A DNA stretch of 42,445 bases from a virus. Its lineage: Duplodnaviria; Heunggongvirae; Uroviricota; Caudoviricetes. The translations under genes were made by a program, and so were the position numbers. How positions within the stretch are numbered: position 1 is the first letter of the stretch; each line of letters begins with the position of its first letter. Below, piece by piece: positions 9,646 through 18,723 of the stretch. The stretch lies in the IMG/VR virus record IMGVR_UViG_2693429518_000021; one strand, 5' to 3'. A model generated the notes under the pieces. The model was not told where the DNA came from and searched no databases. It worked only from the letters and a program-made list of their open reading frames with translations.

Positions 9646-10947
9646 TCAGATGAGGTCTGCGGTTAGCGTATCGTCGGATACGTCGTCGAAATCATTTACA
9701 GGGTTGATATTGAGTGCGGGGCGTGGGTCTGACTCGGGAACGATGGTGGGTTTACCATCAGCTCGTGTTATCAGTGCCTCGACTTTTGACCAACGGCGCG
9801 GACTGGCCTTTTTGATAAGTTTTTCGGCTTTTGTGGGGCTAATAAGTTTAAAGTCGAATACTTCTTCAGTTTTGTACCTGAACTGGTCCTTCAGAAGTGC
9901 GCGAGCTGCCTCTTCATCACTCCAGGCCCGGTTACCTTGTTTTCCTGTTACCAGTTTAAACCCCGGTACCGGATGTCCGGCATTGAGTTCATTGTGAACC
10001 CGGTCTCGTACTGCCTTTAGCCAGGATTCAATAAAGTCGGCCTGGCTATAGATCTCCGCAAGCTGCTCAATGGTTAACAGAGGTACACGTGCGCTGGCAT
10101 TGGAGATTATTTCGCTGACAGGCTTTGTCAGATCTTCAAAATCGCTGGCCGCTGTTTGTAAATGCTGCATTTTCTGGGCAGTGCAAATAGCTTTTGCTTT
10201 ACAGAAGCGGCACTGTTTTTCTCCAGGTATGAAGTTTTCCAGCGGTAGTGTCTCAATGCCTTCGCATTCAGCAATATTGAGAACAAGGATCGCACTGGTT
10301 GCGGCCTCCAGTGCCCGTTCACCGAAAGACTGAAGTTCCTGTACGGTTAACGACCATTCTGAAACGTGGTTGAGCCTTGGCTGGTGAATAAATAATCTTA
10401 CAGTCTCAAAGTCATACAGCATGCTGAATTGTTCGAGCGCACCCAGAGCATACAGTTGTAGTTGCTCATTTTGTTCTGCATCAATGCGGACGCCTTTGCC
10501 ATATTTCAGGTCGTGGATTTGTAATTCGCTACCAGCAATGATTATGCCGTCGGCAGTTCCGAAAGATTCTTCCACACCCGTTATATGTGAGAAATCAACA
10601 CGTTGTTCAACCAATAGTTCATTATTCTGTGCAAGAGTCCAGACCGTATCAACATACCGGCCAACGGCTTCGACCATTTCATCATCCACCTGTGGGCCAG
10701 ATGTATCATTAGGATTTTCGCGAAGGGGGTATGAGCTGAGAAACATAGAAACATTGCATCCGGCGTAGTGTTCCGGGTAGCTTTGCCTGTTTCGTAGAAC
10801 TTTTTCAGCAAGCGCGTGCGCTGCAGTGCCCTCGATTGCAAAAGTTGTTTCTTTATCCGGTTGTGTGGCCTCCAGCGCCAGACTTCCTGGGCAGCGCATC
10901 CATCGATGCGCTGATGATGGAGAAAGTTGTGCATGAACGTCTGGCAT
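9646..10947 (-). CDS. DUF2800-family PD-(D/E)xK nuclease, Cas4/AddB-like with Cys cluster
   Basis: 433 aa; N-terminal [15 protein letters not shown] matches the DUF2800 signature as I recall it; C-terminal [10 protein letters not shown] cysteines consistent with an Fe-S cluster. Confidence 0.65.
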   Translation of the reverse strand: MPDVHAQLSPSSAHRWMRCPGSLALEATQPDKETTFAIEGTAAHALAEKVLRNRQSYPEHYAGCNVSMFLSSYPLRENPNDTSGPQVDDEMVEAVGRYVDTVWTLAQNNELLVEQRVDFSHITGVEESFGTADGIIIAGSELQIHDLKYGKGVRIDAEQNEQLQLYALGALEQFSMLYDFETVRLFIHQPRLNHVSEWSLTVQELQSFGERALEAATSAILVLNIAECEGIETLPLENFIPGEKQCRFCKAKAICTAQKMQHLQTAASDFEDLTKPVSEIISNASARVPLLTIEQLAEIYSQADFIESWLKAVRDRVHNELNAGHPVPGFKLVTGKQGNRAWSDEEAARALLKDQFRYKTEEVFDFKLISPTKAEKLIKKASPRRWSKVEALITRADGKPTIVPESDPRPALNINPVNDFDDVSDDTLTADLI

Positions 10948-10949
10948 GA

Positions 10950-11852
10950 TTAACCCTCCAGTGCTTTTTCAGCCAGGGTGATTACTTCAGCGAGATTTTC
11001 ATCCGTTACTTCACCAAGTTTCCTGGCTCCCTGTTTTTCCAGAATTGCAATAGCTTCTGCCCGGTAACCCCCTTTTGCTAACTGGAGGATCAACCCTTCA
11101 GCTTGTTTGCGTAGTGCCGCGAAATCAATTGTATGGTCATCTTTGGCGTCATGATTCTGGCTGGAATTTGCTGCGTCTCTGCGTGCAAATTCTTCTTGCA
11201 GCTGAAGGTACTCAACACGGTTGATCTCGATATGGCCTTTTTTCAGCATCTCGTTCAACTTGCGTAAGGTGTGGAGTTCACTGGCTGCTGTGCCGGATAC
11301 ATTTTTGACGTAAAACGGCCCCGTGCGTTCTCCATCTTTGTTACTGGCCTTTTTCGGCTTAACTTCATCACGCCCATCCGCAGGTGCATCAAGTAGCTGC
11401 TCGGCAAAAACACGTCGCTCGCCGATGGTTGGCAGGTCGTCCCAGAACTTAAGGATGTTACGGGACAGGTCCAGGAGAGCAGGTTTAAGCAGCGCCCTGG
11501 CTCGTTTGACGCCCTGCAATGCGCTGTCGAGAGCATCAATCTGAACTACTCGTTTATCGCCTTCAGCATCACGGTAGGCAACAGCACGTTGCAGCATGTC
11601 TTCTGTGATAGGGGTGGCTACCGGGTAGAAACCAGCCAGTGCGATAACGTCGCTGAACTCCAGATCATCCAGTGTCATTGCCGCTGACATATTTTCAGTT
11701 TCAGTTGCTGTATCCCGACATTCCTGCACTCGTGAAATCGTGTCAGGATGCATAACAATGCCTGATGCCATTGTGCGGATAAGACGTTCAAGCAGCGCAT
11801 TATGTTGTGCCAGAAGTTGATTATTAAGTTCGAGACTGGTTTCTAAACTCAT
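10950..11852 (-). CDS. Hypothetical protein, first large gene of the leftward operon
   Basis: 300-aa ORF with GAGGA Shine-Dalgarno 7 nt upstream of its ATG; no recognisable motifs. Confidence 0.5.
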   Translation of the reverse strand: MSLETSLELNNQLLAQHNALLERLIRTMASGIVMHPDTISRVQECRDTATETENMSAAMTLDDLEFSDVIALAGFYPVATPITEDMLQRAVAYRDAEGDKRVVQIDALDSALQGVKRARALLKPALLDLSRNILKFWDDLPTIGERRVFAEQLLDAPADGRDEVKPKKASNKDGERTGPFYVKNVSGTAASELHTLRKLNEMLKKGHIEINRVEYLQLQEEFARRDAANSSQNHDAKDDHTIDFAALRKQAEGLILQLAKGGYRAEAIAILEKQGARKLGEVTDENLAEVITLAEKALEG

Positions 11853-12031
11853 ACTGTGGTCCTCGCTACAAGGAGAATGAAAGTGATGATCAGACCGAGC
11901 GCAGTGGCAACGGCCAGACCGGTCATCAAATCGAAGTTTTTACGGCGATAACGGAGAACATCGCGCCCCGTCAGTCGATGGAGGTATTCAGGTTTCATCG
12001 GTTGTATTCCTTTTTTCATATCGGGGAGCAC
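11849..12031 (-). CDS. Possible small membrane protein
   Basis: 60-aa ORF with hydrophobic C-terminus (LAVATALGLIITFILLV); stop overlaps the downstream start (ATGA); weak start/RBS context. Confidence 0.3.
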   Translation of the reverse strand: MLPDMKKGIQPMKPEYLHRLTGRDVLRYRRKNFDLMTGLAVATALGLIITFILLVARTTV

Positions 12032-12057
12032 GCTGTTGCGAGTGCGCTTTCAGACAT

Positions 12058-12085
12058 AAAAAAGCCCGTCACTTGAGGCGGGCAA
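12058..12085 (-). terminator. Intrinsic-terminator-like hairpin plus U-tract on the minus strand, upstream of the leftward operon
   Basis: Minus strand reads GCCCGCC-TCAAGTGA-CGGGC followed by TTTTTT. Confidence 0.35.
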
Positions 12086-12222
12086 AGGCTACACACAGCA
12101 ATTACTTGGATGTCAGCGAATGCCTGCTTTTAACCACGTCAGACGAGATGGCTCTCTCTGTACCCCTACAGCGAGAATTCGGCTAATATCTCTTTACCCC
12201 TATAGTTTTAGAGAGAATTAAG

Positions 12223-12747
12223 ATGTCTGAAGAAAAAGGACTTGTACGGCGTATAACTGAGGCGGCCACTAGTGCTGGTGGTGCTTTGAAAGGTGCTGTT
12301 GATTTAGCAAAAGAAGTTAATGCGTTGCAGGTGGATTACAATGTTAAAAGTAAAACTATCGATCTACTTGATAAACTAATTGATGCGCGTACTGGACAAT
12401 TCGCACTAACGGAGCTTTTGAACGAAGCTAAACAGCGCATTGTTGAACTCGAATCCCTTCTGGAAAAGAAACAGGATTGGGATAGTGAGAAAATGAACTA
12501 TGAAATGTACCACCCGATTACCAATACGGTGGTCTATGTACTGAAGCCTACTGACGATCCTGAGTTCAAGCCTCATTATCTTTGTACTACATGCTATGAG
12601 TCGGGTATGAAGTCTATACTTCAATACCATACTTCTAATGCCGCTTATAAAATTCTCAAGTGTCATAAATGCTCCGCTGAATATAAATTTCCCCGAAATA
12701 TAGAAGTCAGTGGCAAAACTCCTGCACCGTTACAACCTGCCAGATGA
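12223..12747 (+). CDS. Hypothetical protein with N-terminal coiled-coil and C-terminal 4-Cys zinc ribbon
   Basis: 174-aa ORF; CTTC ... CHKC motif near the C-terminus; divergent from the leftward operon; somewhat AT-rich. Confidence 0.55.
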   Translation: MSEEKGLVRRITEAATSAGGALKGAVDLAKEVNALQVDYNVKSKTIDLLDKLIDARTGQFALTELLNEAKQRIVELESLLEKKQDWDSEKMNYEMYHPITNTVVYVLKPTDDPEFKPHYLCTTCYESGMKSILQYHTSNAAYKILKCHKCSAEYKFPRNIEVSGKTPAPLQPAR

Positions 12748-12841
12748 TTAGCAGTTCTCTTTGGTGGTGGTGTAGTGGTAGATGCTGAACTTCGGATTGA
12801 CTCAATGGACTGATCTTCACCCCACCCCAAAAGGAACTAAG

Positions 12842-12859
12842 CGCCCCATCGTCGGGGCG
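12842..12859 (+). terminator. Weak hairpin CGCCCC-ATCGTC-GGGGCG downstream of 12223..12747
   Basis: 6-bp GC stem read from sequence; only a short T-run follows. Confidence 0.3.
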
Positions 12860-13110
12860 TTTCAACTTGCGTGACTTATCAGTTTGTCGCGGTGTTGTCC
12901 TCTACGCTTACCGTACGCATACGGACTCGGCGCTTACCTCGATCCCATCGGGTGCTATTTCGTTTTGCCAGGAGTACTGCGGCTTACCTGTCACGCGGTT
13001 CAGTTTGTTAAAGAGCCAGTATTAAAAAACGCATTAATTATGCGATATCGTATTTATATGCGTTATGGGATTTTGTGTCAATACGAAAATGAATTATTTT
13101 GCAAATAAGA

Positions 13111-13135
13111 AAACCGCCCTTGTGGAGAGCGGTTT
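13111..13135 (-). terminator. Intrinsic terminator downstream of the repressor gene
   Basis: Inverted repeat AAACCGC / GCGGTTT with 11-nt loop; on the minus strand it is followed by a U-rich tract (TCTTATTT), 30 nt after the cI stop. Confidence 0.45.
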
Positions 13136-13165
13136 GATCAGAAGTAAGTTATCAGACTGTAAAGG

Positions 13166-13840
13166 TTAGTACATACGTAGCGCGGATTTGGCGATCCCCG
13201 CCACGTAATGGATTTTTTCAATGTTTTCGCGTGGTACTCTGACTGGTGGATGATCTTCATTTACAGACATTAGATGGAACAGGCCATCGCGTTCGAACAA
13301 GAAGGTTTTAACCATGACCTCACCTTCCCGGGTAACCACAAGTACTTCATCACCAGGAGTGTAGTCGTGGTTGGGTTCGACGATTACGAACTCCCCCTCT
13401 TTGATTCTAGGCATCATTGAATCACCAACACATTTCAGGGCGTATGCATCTTCATCCTTTGTCGGCCAGTATATGAAACCATCACTGCTACCTACTGAAT
13501 ATTGGGTGTCGCTCCAAAGTCCTCCAACGCCTAGCTGAGTGTTTCCCAAAACAGGTACTTTATTAAACCTAAGAGAAATATACGTTTTTATACCTGTCGC
13601 GTCCTCTTTCTCCATTTCTTGAAGGCTCCTTTCTGCCAAGTCTATTGGTGACACGTGGAAGTAGTCGGCGATCTGCTTTAACGTTGCGTATTTCGGATCT
13701 TTCACCTCTCCTGATACCAGCCTGTGTAGCGTTGGTTGGTTCAGCTGTAACCGACGTGCCAGCTCAGTTATCGAGCTTATCTTGGCTTTGTCCATCAGGT
13801 ACTTGATGTTTTGAGAAAGGATATCGGTAGTATCAATCAT
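13166..13840 (-). CDS. cI: CI-like prophage repressor (HTH + S24 LexA-like autopeptidase domain)
   Basis: 224 aa; N-terminal HTH (ITELARRLQLNQPTLHRLVSG); C-terminal S24 signature with catalytic Ser in GDSMMP and Lys in VMVKTF. Confidence 0.85.
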   Translation of the reverse strand: MIDTTDILSQNIKYLMDKAKISSITELARRLQLNQPTLHRLVSGEVKDPKYATLKQIADYFHVSPIDLAERSLQEMEKEDATGIKTYISLRFNKVPVLGNTQLGVGGLWSDTQYSVGSSDGFIYWPTKDEDAYALKCVGDSMMPRIKEGEFVIVEPNHDYTPGDEVLVVTREGEVMVKTFLFERDGLFHLMSVNEDHPPVRVPRENIEKIHYVAGIAKSALRMY

Positions 13841-13981
13841 TTGGATTCATCCATGTTGTATACAGGGACGGTGATTATGCGTTATCGGATATTTTAATCT
13901 AGGATGACATAGAATTGCTGTATTGCTGAGTAATCCGTTTTCGTATAAATTTGCGCTATAGACGAAAGTGGAGACTTAAAT
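13841..13981. promoter_or_regulatory. Divergent immunity-region promoter/operator interval between cI and cro
   Basis: 141-bp AT-rich intergenic region between divergently transcribed repressor and Cro-like genes; specific operators could not be resolved by eye. Confidence 0.5.
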
Positions 13982-14182
13982 ATGTCCGGACTAACACCAC
14001 AAGAGATGGTCAAAAGCTTGATTGATTCAGGGTATACCCAAAACCAAATTGCCGAAATTGCAGGCGTGAAGCAGTCTTCTATTAGTCGGCTTCTTACCGG
14101 GGTTCATTCTGACCCTCGCTTTTCTACAGTACGTGCGATAGAAAAACTTTTTCAGGAAGTGACAGCTAGACAAAAGGTGTAA
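13982..14182 (+). CDS. cro: Cro-like HTH regulator
   Basis: 66 aa; HTH motif YTQNQIAEIAGVKQSSISRL; positioned divergently from cI. Confidence 0.65.
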   Translation: MSGLTPQEMVKSLIDSGYTQNQIAEIAGVKQSSISRLLTGVHSDPRFSTVRAIEKLFQEVTARQKV

Positions 14183-14185
14183 CCC

Positions 14186-16372
14186 ATGTCCGATAGCAAA
14201 CCATGGGGAGCTACGCCTGATGAGTGGTTTCATTTCGACCTGGTATTGGGGCGGACTGCTCATCTTCTCCCAGTTGTATGTAACCCCAGTGCGACCATAT
14301 CCCCTGATAGTAAATTGAAAGCGTTGGGTAAGACGCCGAGTCGCTATAACCGGGACCGCCAGGTCACAGGTATTGCTCAATGGACCGGGCATGTTGTTAC
14401 TGAGCATGATTTTGCCCGCTGGTCGAATGAACCGGATTATGGCATCTGCGTGCGTACAGGCCATGGCTGGCTGGCGCTGGACTGCGATAGCGAAGATGAA
14501 GACATTCAGGCAGATATTCGCAAAACACTTGTGCAACTTCTGGGTGAGTCGCCGCCGCGACGCTGGCGAGCAAACAGTAATAAGTGTCTGTATCTGCTGG
14601 CCGTTGATGGTGATTTCCGTAAGCGTATCCATCGCCTGGCGGGGGATATGGGCATTATCGAGTTGCTGGCGAACGGGCAGCAGTTCGTTGCCTGTGGTAC
14701 GCACAGCAGCGGCGCGCGTATTGAATGGGACGGTGGTTTGCCGGATGAACCTCCGGCTATTACAGGTGAGCAGCTTGAAACGCTGTGGCAGCGCCTGGCT
14801 GAACAACTCCCTGTGTCGGTAACCACCGAAGCGGGCAACACGAAGATGCGCGACCGTTCAGCATTCACGCCCGGCGCGACGGATGATACAGCTGAATATC
14901 TTGATGCCAATGGCTGGACGCTGCTGGATGGCGCAAACGGTGAACGATATATCCGCTGTCCGTTTGAAGACGGCCACAGTAGCGGAGGCGATCCAACAAG
15001 CACAGTTTATTTTCCTGCGGGAACCGCAGGCTTTGAGCAGGGGCATTTTAAATGCCTGCATGCCAGTTGCGCGCATCGTGATGACGGAGATTTCCTGAAT
15101 GCCATCGGGATCCGCAACGACGATTTCGAAGATCTGACCAGCATCGAAGTGGCGGAACCTTTACCGCTGCCTGCTTTCGAGCGTGATAAATGGGGGCGTA
15201 TCGAGGCAACCATCAGCAATGCAGCCAAAGCAGTAGTACGCTCTGATTTTGTGGACATCGATATTCGCTTTGACCAGTTCCGCGACGAAATCATGTTTGC
15301 CCCGGCAGGATCCGGACAATGGCGGGCATTCACCGATGCGGATTATGCGCGCCTGCGCATCACGATGGAAAAGCGGGGATTTAAACCTGTTGGCCGTGAA
15401 CTTATTCGCGATGTGGTGTTACTTGCAGCCGATGAACAACCATTCGATTCAGCGATCACCTGGCTGAACGGACTGGAGTGGGATGGCGTGCCGCGCATCG
15501 AATGTTTCTACCATACGCACTTCGGTACCGCCGACACGCCTTATACCCGTGCGGTGTCTATGTACATGTGGACCGCGTTGGCGGGGCGAGTACTGGAGCC
15601 AGGCATCAAAGCGGATATGGTGCCGATCCTCGTTGGTCCGCAGGGCTGCGGTAAGTCTTCCGGAGTGGAGGCACTGAGCCCTGATCCTGCGTTTTTTACT
15701 GAAATCTCTTTTGCCGAAAAAGACGATGATCTCGCTCGAAAAATGCGTGGTCGGCTGGTGGCAGAGATTGGTGAACTGCGCGGGCTTAATACCAAAGAGC
15801 TGGAGTCAATCAAAGCGTTTGTGACGCGTACTCACGAAAACTGGATCCCGAAATACCGGGAGTTCGCCACCCAGTTTCCTCGTCGCCTGGTGTTCGTTGG
15901 TACCACTAATGAGGACGAATTCCTTGCGGACAAGACTGGTAACCGTCGCTGGCTCCCCGTGGAAGTGTCGAAAGTCGACGTGAAAGCGATAAAAAGAGAT
16001 CTCCTTTTACTTTGGGCTGAGGCTCGTGAGGTGTTTCAGCGTCTGGGGGGTATCCAGTTCCGTGAGGCTGAACAACTGGCAGCGAGTGTCCATGAACAGT
16101 ACACCATCAAGGATGCTTGGCTTGAAACGGTAGAGAAATGGCTCGACACGCCCGACCTGATGACTAATGAACTTCCGCGAAATTGCGAATTTTTACGCGC
16201 AAGTGATGTTTTGCGTGATGCGATTGGGCTAAATCCTGACCGCATCGGAAAACGCGAAGAAATGCGAATTAGTAATGTTTTGCAAAATTGCGGGTATAAG
16301 CGTGCCCAAAGGCGAATTGGGGGGAAAAAATGCAAGGTTTGGGAACCGCTGGAACCACGCGGAACCACCTAG
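14186..16372 (+). CDS. Phage primase / replication initiator (prim-pol N-terminal region plus P-loop NTPase)
   Basis: 728 aa; Walker A GPQGCGKSS in the C-terminal half; acidic cluster ALDCDSEDED in the N-terminal half; first gene after cro; iteron repeats begin within its 3' end. Confidence 0.75.
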   Translation: MSDSKPWGATPDEWFHFDLVLGRTAHLLPVVCNPSATISPDSKLKALGKTPSRYNRDRQVTGIAQWTGHVVTEHDFARWSNEPDYGICVRTGHGWLALDCDSEDEDIQADIRKTLVQLLGESPPRRWRANSNKCLYLLAVDGDFRKRIHRLAGDMGIIELLANGQQFVACGTHSSGARIEWDGGLPDEPPAITGEQLETLWQRLAEQLPVSVTTEAGNTKMRDRSAFTPGATDDTAEYLDANGWTLLDGANGERYIRCPFEDGHSSGGDPTSTVYFPAGTAGFEQGHFKCLHASCAHRDDGDFLNAIGIRNDDFEDLTSIEVAEPLPLPAFERDKWGRIEATISNAAKAVVRSDFVDIDIRFDQFRDEIMFAPAGSGQWRAFTDADYARLRITMEKRGFKPVGRELIRDVVLLAADEQPFDSAITWLNGLEWDGVPRIECFYHTHFGTADTPYTRAVSMYMWTALAGRVLEPGIKADMVPILVGPQGCGKSSGVEALSPDPAFFTEISFAEKDDDLARKMRGRLVAEIGELRGLNTKELESIKAFVTRTHENWIPKYREFATQFPRRLVFVGTTNEDEFLADKTGNRRWLPVEVSKVDVKAIKRDLLLLWAEAREVFQRLGGIQFREAEQLAASVHEQYTIKDAWLETVEKWLDTPDLMTNELPRNCEFLRASDVLRDAIGLNPDRIGKREEMRISNVLQNCGYKRAQRRIGGKKCKVWEPLEPRGTT

Positions 16373-16528
16373 AAGAGAAGGTGGTTCCACCTTGCAGACC
16401 TTGTGGCAAGCGGGGCGGAACTACTGGAACCACTGGAACCGCCTTTCTACTAGAAACCCCATATATATATATAAGTCGATTGAGGGAAAGGTTAGGAAAA
16501 GGTGGTTCCAGGTGGGGGCAGGTGGTTC
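16342..16528. repeat. Iteron cluster / putative origin of replication: GGAACC(AC) repeats in both orientations around an (AT)n tract
   Basis: Direct GGAACC at 16342, 16351, 16361, 16426, 16435 (variant GGAACT at 16417); inverted GGTTCC at 16383, 16503, 16523; ATATATATATATA at 16460..16473. Confidence 0.55.
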
Positions 16529-16660
16529 CACTCCGAATTAGCAACTTTTTGCATGTTGATACATGCAATATGCGGATCGGAACTGCGTTATCCACACCCA
16601 CGGATAAACAGACGTAGTTCTCAGAAAAATTTTTCGTAGCAAAACGTAGAGGTCAGAGCT

Positions 16661-17083
16661 ATGCGTAATATTCAACAGGTTTTAGAGCGCTGGGGTGGCT
16701 GGGCAGCGAGTGAAGGTGGTAGCGTCTACTTTCCTCCTGTTGCAGCCGGGTTTAAGAATCTGCTACCCGCGACGCAGTCTGGAAGGCTGAAATGCAGTGA
16801 CAATGACGGTCTTATCATCAACTCCGCTATGAGCTGCCTGAAGAAAAAAGATCCGTATCTGTGCACGCTCCTTGAGTGGCATTACGTCCAGGCCATGCCC
16901 GTGCGGGCGATGGGTGAGAAGCTCGGCGTATCTCACACCCACGTTCTGAAGAGGCTTCAGGCGGCAGAGGGATTTATTGACGGTTGCTTAGCCATGCTGG
17001 ATGTGGTGCTCGAAATGGATCAGTCGGTTCAGTCAAAGCCTCAGGCTATCAGGACTTTGCGTAGGAGCTGCTCGGCGGCATAA
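16661..17083 (+). CDS. Q: Late-gene antiterminator Q-like protein
   Basis: 140 aa; N-terminus MRNIQQVLERWGGWAA and the CSDNDGLII / GEKLGVSHTHVLKRLQAAEGFIDGCLAMLDVVLEMD regions resemble the short Q antiterminator family of lambdoid phages (from memory); sits upstream of the lysis cassette. Confidence 0.65.
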   Translation: MRNIQQVLERWGGWAASEGGSVYFPPVAAGFKNLLPATQSGRLKCSDNDGLIINSAMSCLKKKDPYLCTLLEWHYVQAMPVRAMGEKLGVSHTHVLKRLQAAEGFIDGCLAMLDVVLEMDQSVQSKPQAIRTLRRSCSAA

Positions 17084-17114
17084 TATCCAGCAATCAATCA
17101 CGTAAGGGAACCAG

Positions 17115-17456
17115 ATGGCTCTGATCAGCGTTCGCAACAGATTTGAAAGCTTCATGGAACAGAGGTACCCAGACCTGTCGTTGCAGGTCAAAGGTAATAT
17201 TGGCGCATCAATGAAGGCTCAACTTGGCATCAGGATTGAACGAGAATTGTACAGTGAAGATGTTACTTACTGTGATTCAGCAGTTCAGTTGATGTGGACA
17301 CTCTTTCAGGCAGGTGTTCTGGCCGAACGAAGAGCTACCAGCGTTACGCTTCCTGCGCTGAAGGCAAAGCCGGATAGCTTCTACGATGCGGGTTATAATG
17401 AAGGTATTCAGGACTGTCGTAAACATCTGACGGCATCAGGCATCAAGGTAAGATAA
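17115..17456 (+). CDS. Hypothetical protein
   Basis: 113-aa ORF between Q and the putative late promoter; no recognisable motifs. Confidence 0.45.
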   Translation: MALISVRNRFESFMEQRYPDLSLQVKGNIGASMKAQLGIRIERELYSEDVTYCDSAVQLMWTLFQAGVLAERRATSVTLPALKAKPDSFYDAGYNEGIQDCRKHLTASGIKVR

Positions 17457-17702
17457 AAAATAGTTGTGGAATTCCAAAAAGCCGATTAGCCTGATATCTG
17501 TTGAAAACAGTTCATCACGAAGAGGCTTCCGCAAGGGGGCCTTTTTTATTGCCCCATTCTGGGGAAAAGTTAATAAAACAGGGCTTTCGCTGCGAAAAAA
17601 CGCTATGCAGTTTTTGCCCTTTTTTATGCACCTTTTATTCACTCGAATTTCGTCATTCTGGACCACTTAAGTTGATTAAATAGGCCTTTCATCGCAAATC
17701 TA

Positions 17703-17733
17703 TTGCGAGCGGGGATCGTGTGGTTCCTATAAC
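17703..17733 (+). promoter_or_regulatory. Candidate late promoter (-35 TTGCGA, -10 TATAAC, about 19-bp spacer)
   Basis: Hexamers read from sequence upstream of the terminator and lysis genes; spacing slightly long, so tentative. Confidence 0.3.
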
Positions 17734-17777
17734 GTACATTATGTTAAATAACTTCCTTTTTTAACAAATTTAACAAG

Positions 17778-17801
17778 GTTCGCTATGGCGAACTTTTTTT
17801 G
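17778..17801 (+). terminator. Intrinsic terminator (GTTCGC-TATG-GCGAAC followed by TTTTTTT), tR'-like
   Basis: Perfect 6-bp stem, 4-nt loop, 7 consecutive T; located between Q and the holin gene. Confidence 0.55.
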
Positions 17802-17901
17802 TATTCAGGGCCCACCGAAGGACGGCTCATAACCCAATCCTACGGGCGTATACGCAGGGCCCGCCTTTCAACAACACCCCGTAATGGCGGAGGTGGGAAG
17901 T

Positions 17902-18243
17902 ATGAAAATGCACAATGCTCCTCATTCCTGGCCTGACTTACTGGAACTCTTACAAAGTTGGTGGCGTGGAGATACGCCGTTGGGCGCAGTGGTTATGTCA
18001 ATTGTTATGGCTGGCTTGCGCATTGCCTATTTTGGCGGTGGCGGCGGCTGGAAACGAAAAACGCTTGAGATTTTGCTCTGTGGTGCTCTGACGCTGACCT
18101 TTGCATCCGCTCTTGAGTATGTTGGATGGCCTAAATCTCTTTCTGTTGCCATTGGTGGTGGTGTTGGGCTGATCGGTGTCGATGCTATTCGTGGGGCTGC
18201 AATGCGAGTAATCGGTAACAAGTTTGGTGGCTCTAAGGAGTAA
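17902..18243 (+). CDS. Holin with Met-Lys-Met dual-start motif
   Basis: GGAGGTG Shine-Dalgarno 8 nt upstream of ATG 17902 (the track's upstream ATG at 17884 lacks an SD); product begins MKM and has hydrophobic segments; directly precedes the endolysin. Confidence 0.7.
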   Translation: MKMHNAPHSWPDLLELLQSWWRGDTPLGAVVMSIVMAGLRIAYFGGGGGWKRKTLEILLCGALTLTFASALEYVGWPKSLSVAIGGGVGLIGVDAIRGAAMRVIGNKFGGSKE

Positions 18244-18246
18244 TTC

Positions 18247-18723
18247 ATGCAGACACTAAATTCCCAACGCAAAGCTTTCCTGGATATGGTGGCATGGTCA
18301 GAAGGAACGGATAACGGGCGACAACCGACACGTAATCACGGTTATGACGTTATCGTCGGAGGTGAGTTGTTCACTGATTACTCCGATCACCCTCGCAAAC
18401 TTGTCACGCTAAACCCGAAGCTTAAATCAACAGCCGCAGGCCGGTATCAGCTTCTTTCACGCTGGTGGGATGCCTACCGCAAGCAGCTTGGCCTGAAAGA
18501 TTTTTCGCCAGAAAGTCAGGACGCTGTGGCGCTGCAGCAGATTAAAGAGCGTGGCGCTTTACCGATGATTGACCGTGGCGATATTCGTCAGGCAATCGAC
18601 CGTTGCAGCAATATCTGGGCGTCGTTACCTGGTGCAGGTTACGGTCAGTATGAACATAAAATCGGTGACCTGATTTCCAGGTTTAAAGATGCTGGTGGGG
18701 TGGTAAATGAAGCTGACTTATAA
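18247..18723 (+). CDS. R: Endolysin, lambda R-like lytic transglycosylase
   Basis: 158 aa; near-identical over most of its length to lambda R as I recall it (NSQRKAFLDMVAWSEGTDNGRQPTRNHGYDVIVGGELFTDYSDHPRKLVTLNPKLKST...). Confidence 0.9.
   Translation: MQTLNSQRKAFLDMVAWSEGTDNGRQPTRNHGYDVIVGGELFTDYSDHPRKLVTLNPKLKSTAAGRYQLLSRWWDAYRKQLGLKDFSPESQDAVALQQIKERGALPMIDRGDIRQAIDRCSNIWASLPGAGYGQYEHKIGDLISRFKDAGGVVNEADL

Noticed and set aside
12884-13108. 74-aa ORF in the region between the zinc-ribbon gene and cI
   Set aside because: No RBS, atypical Cys/Tyr-rich translation, and it overlaps hairpin elements; more likely non-coding, though a small gene is not excluded.
14027-15333. Minus-strand ORFs of 259, 165 and 108 aa antisense to cro and the primase
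   Set aside because: Antisense to a well-supported primase gene, with low-complexity Arg/Ser/Pro-rich translations typical of antisense frames.
16269-16617. Three overlapping ORFs (88-110 aa) across the iteron region; also considered a CRISPR-like repeat array
   Set aside because: Translations are dominated by the repeat (GGTTPGTTG-type strings). The repeats are only 6-9 bp, irregularly spaced and in both orientations, which fits iterons rather than coding sequence or a CRISPR array.
17436-17683. Small ORFs (60-76 aa) in the interval between 17115..17456 and the holin
   Set aside because: Overlap each other in different frames within an AT-rich regulatory region containing a promoter-like element and terminator.
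17801-17880. GC-rich direct repeats (CAGGGCCC(A/G)CC twice) checked as a possible tRNA
   Set aside because: No cloverleaf could be drawn by eye and no T-loop or anticodon-arm consensus was found; left as unexplained repeats in the late-promoter leader.
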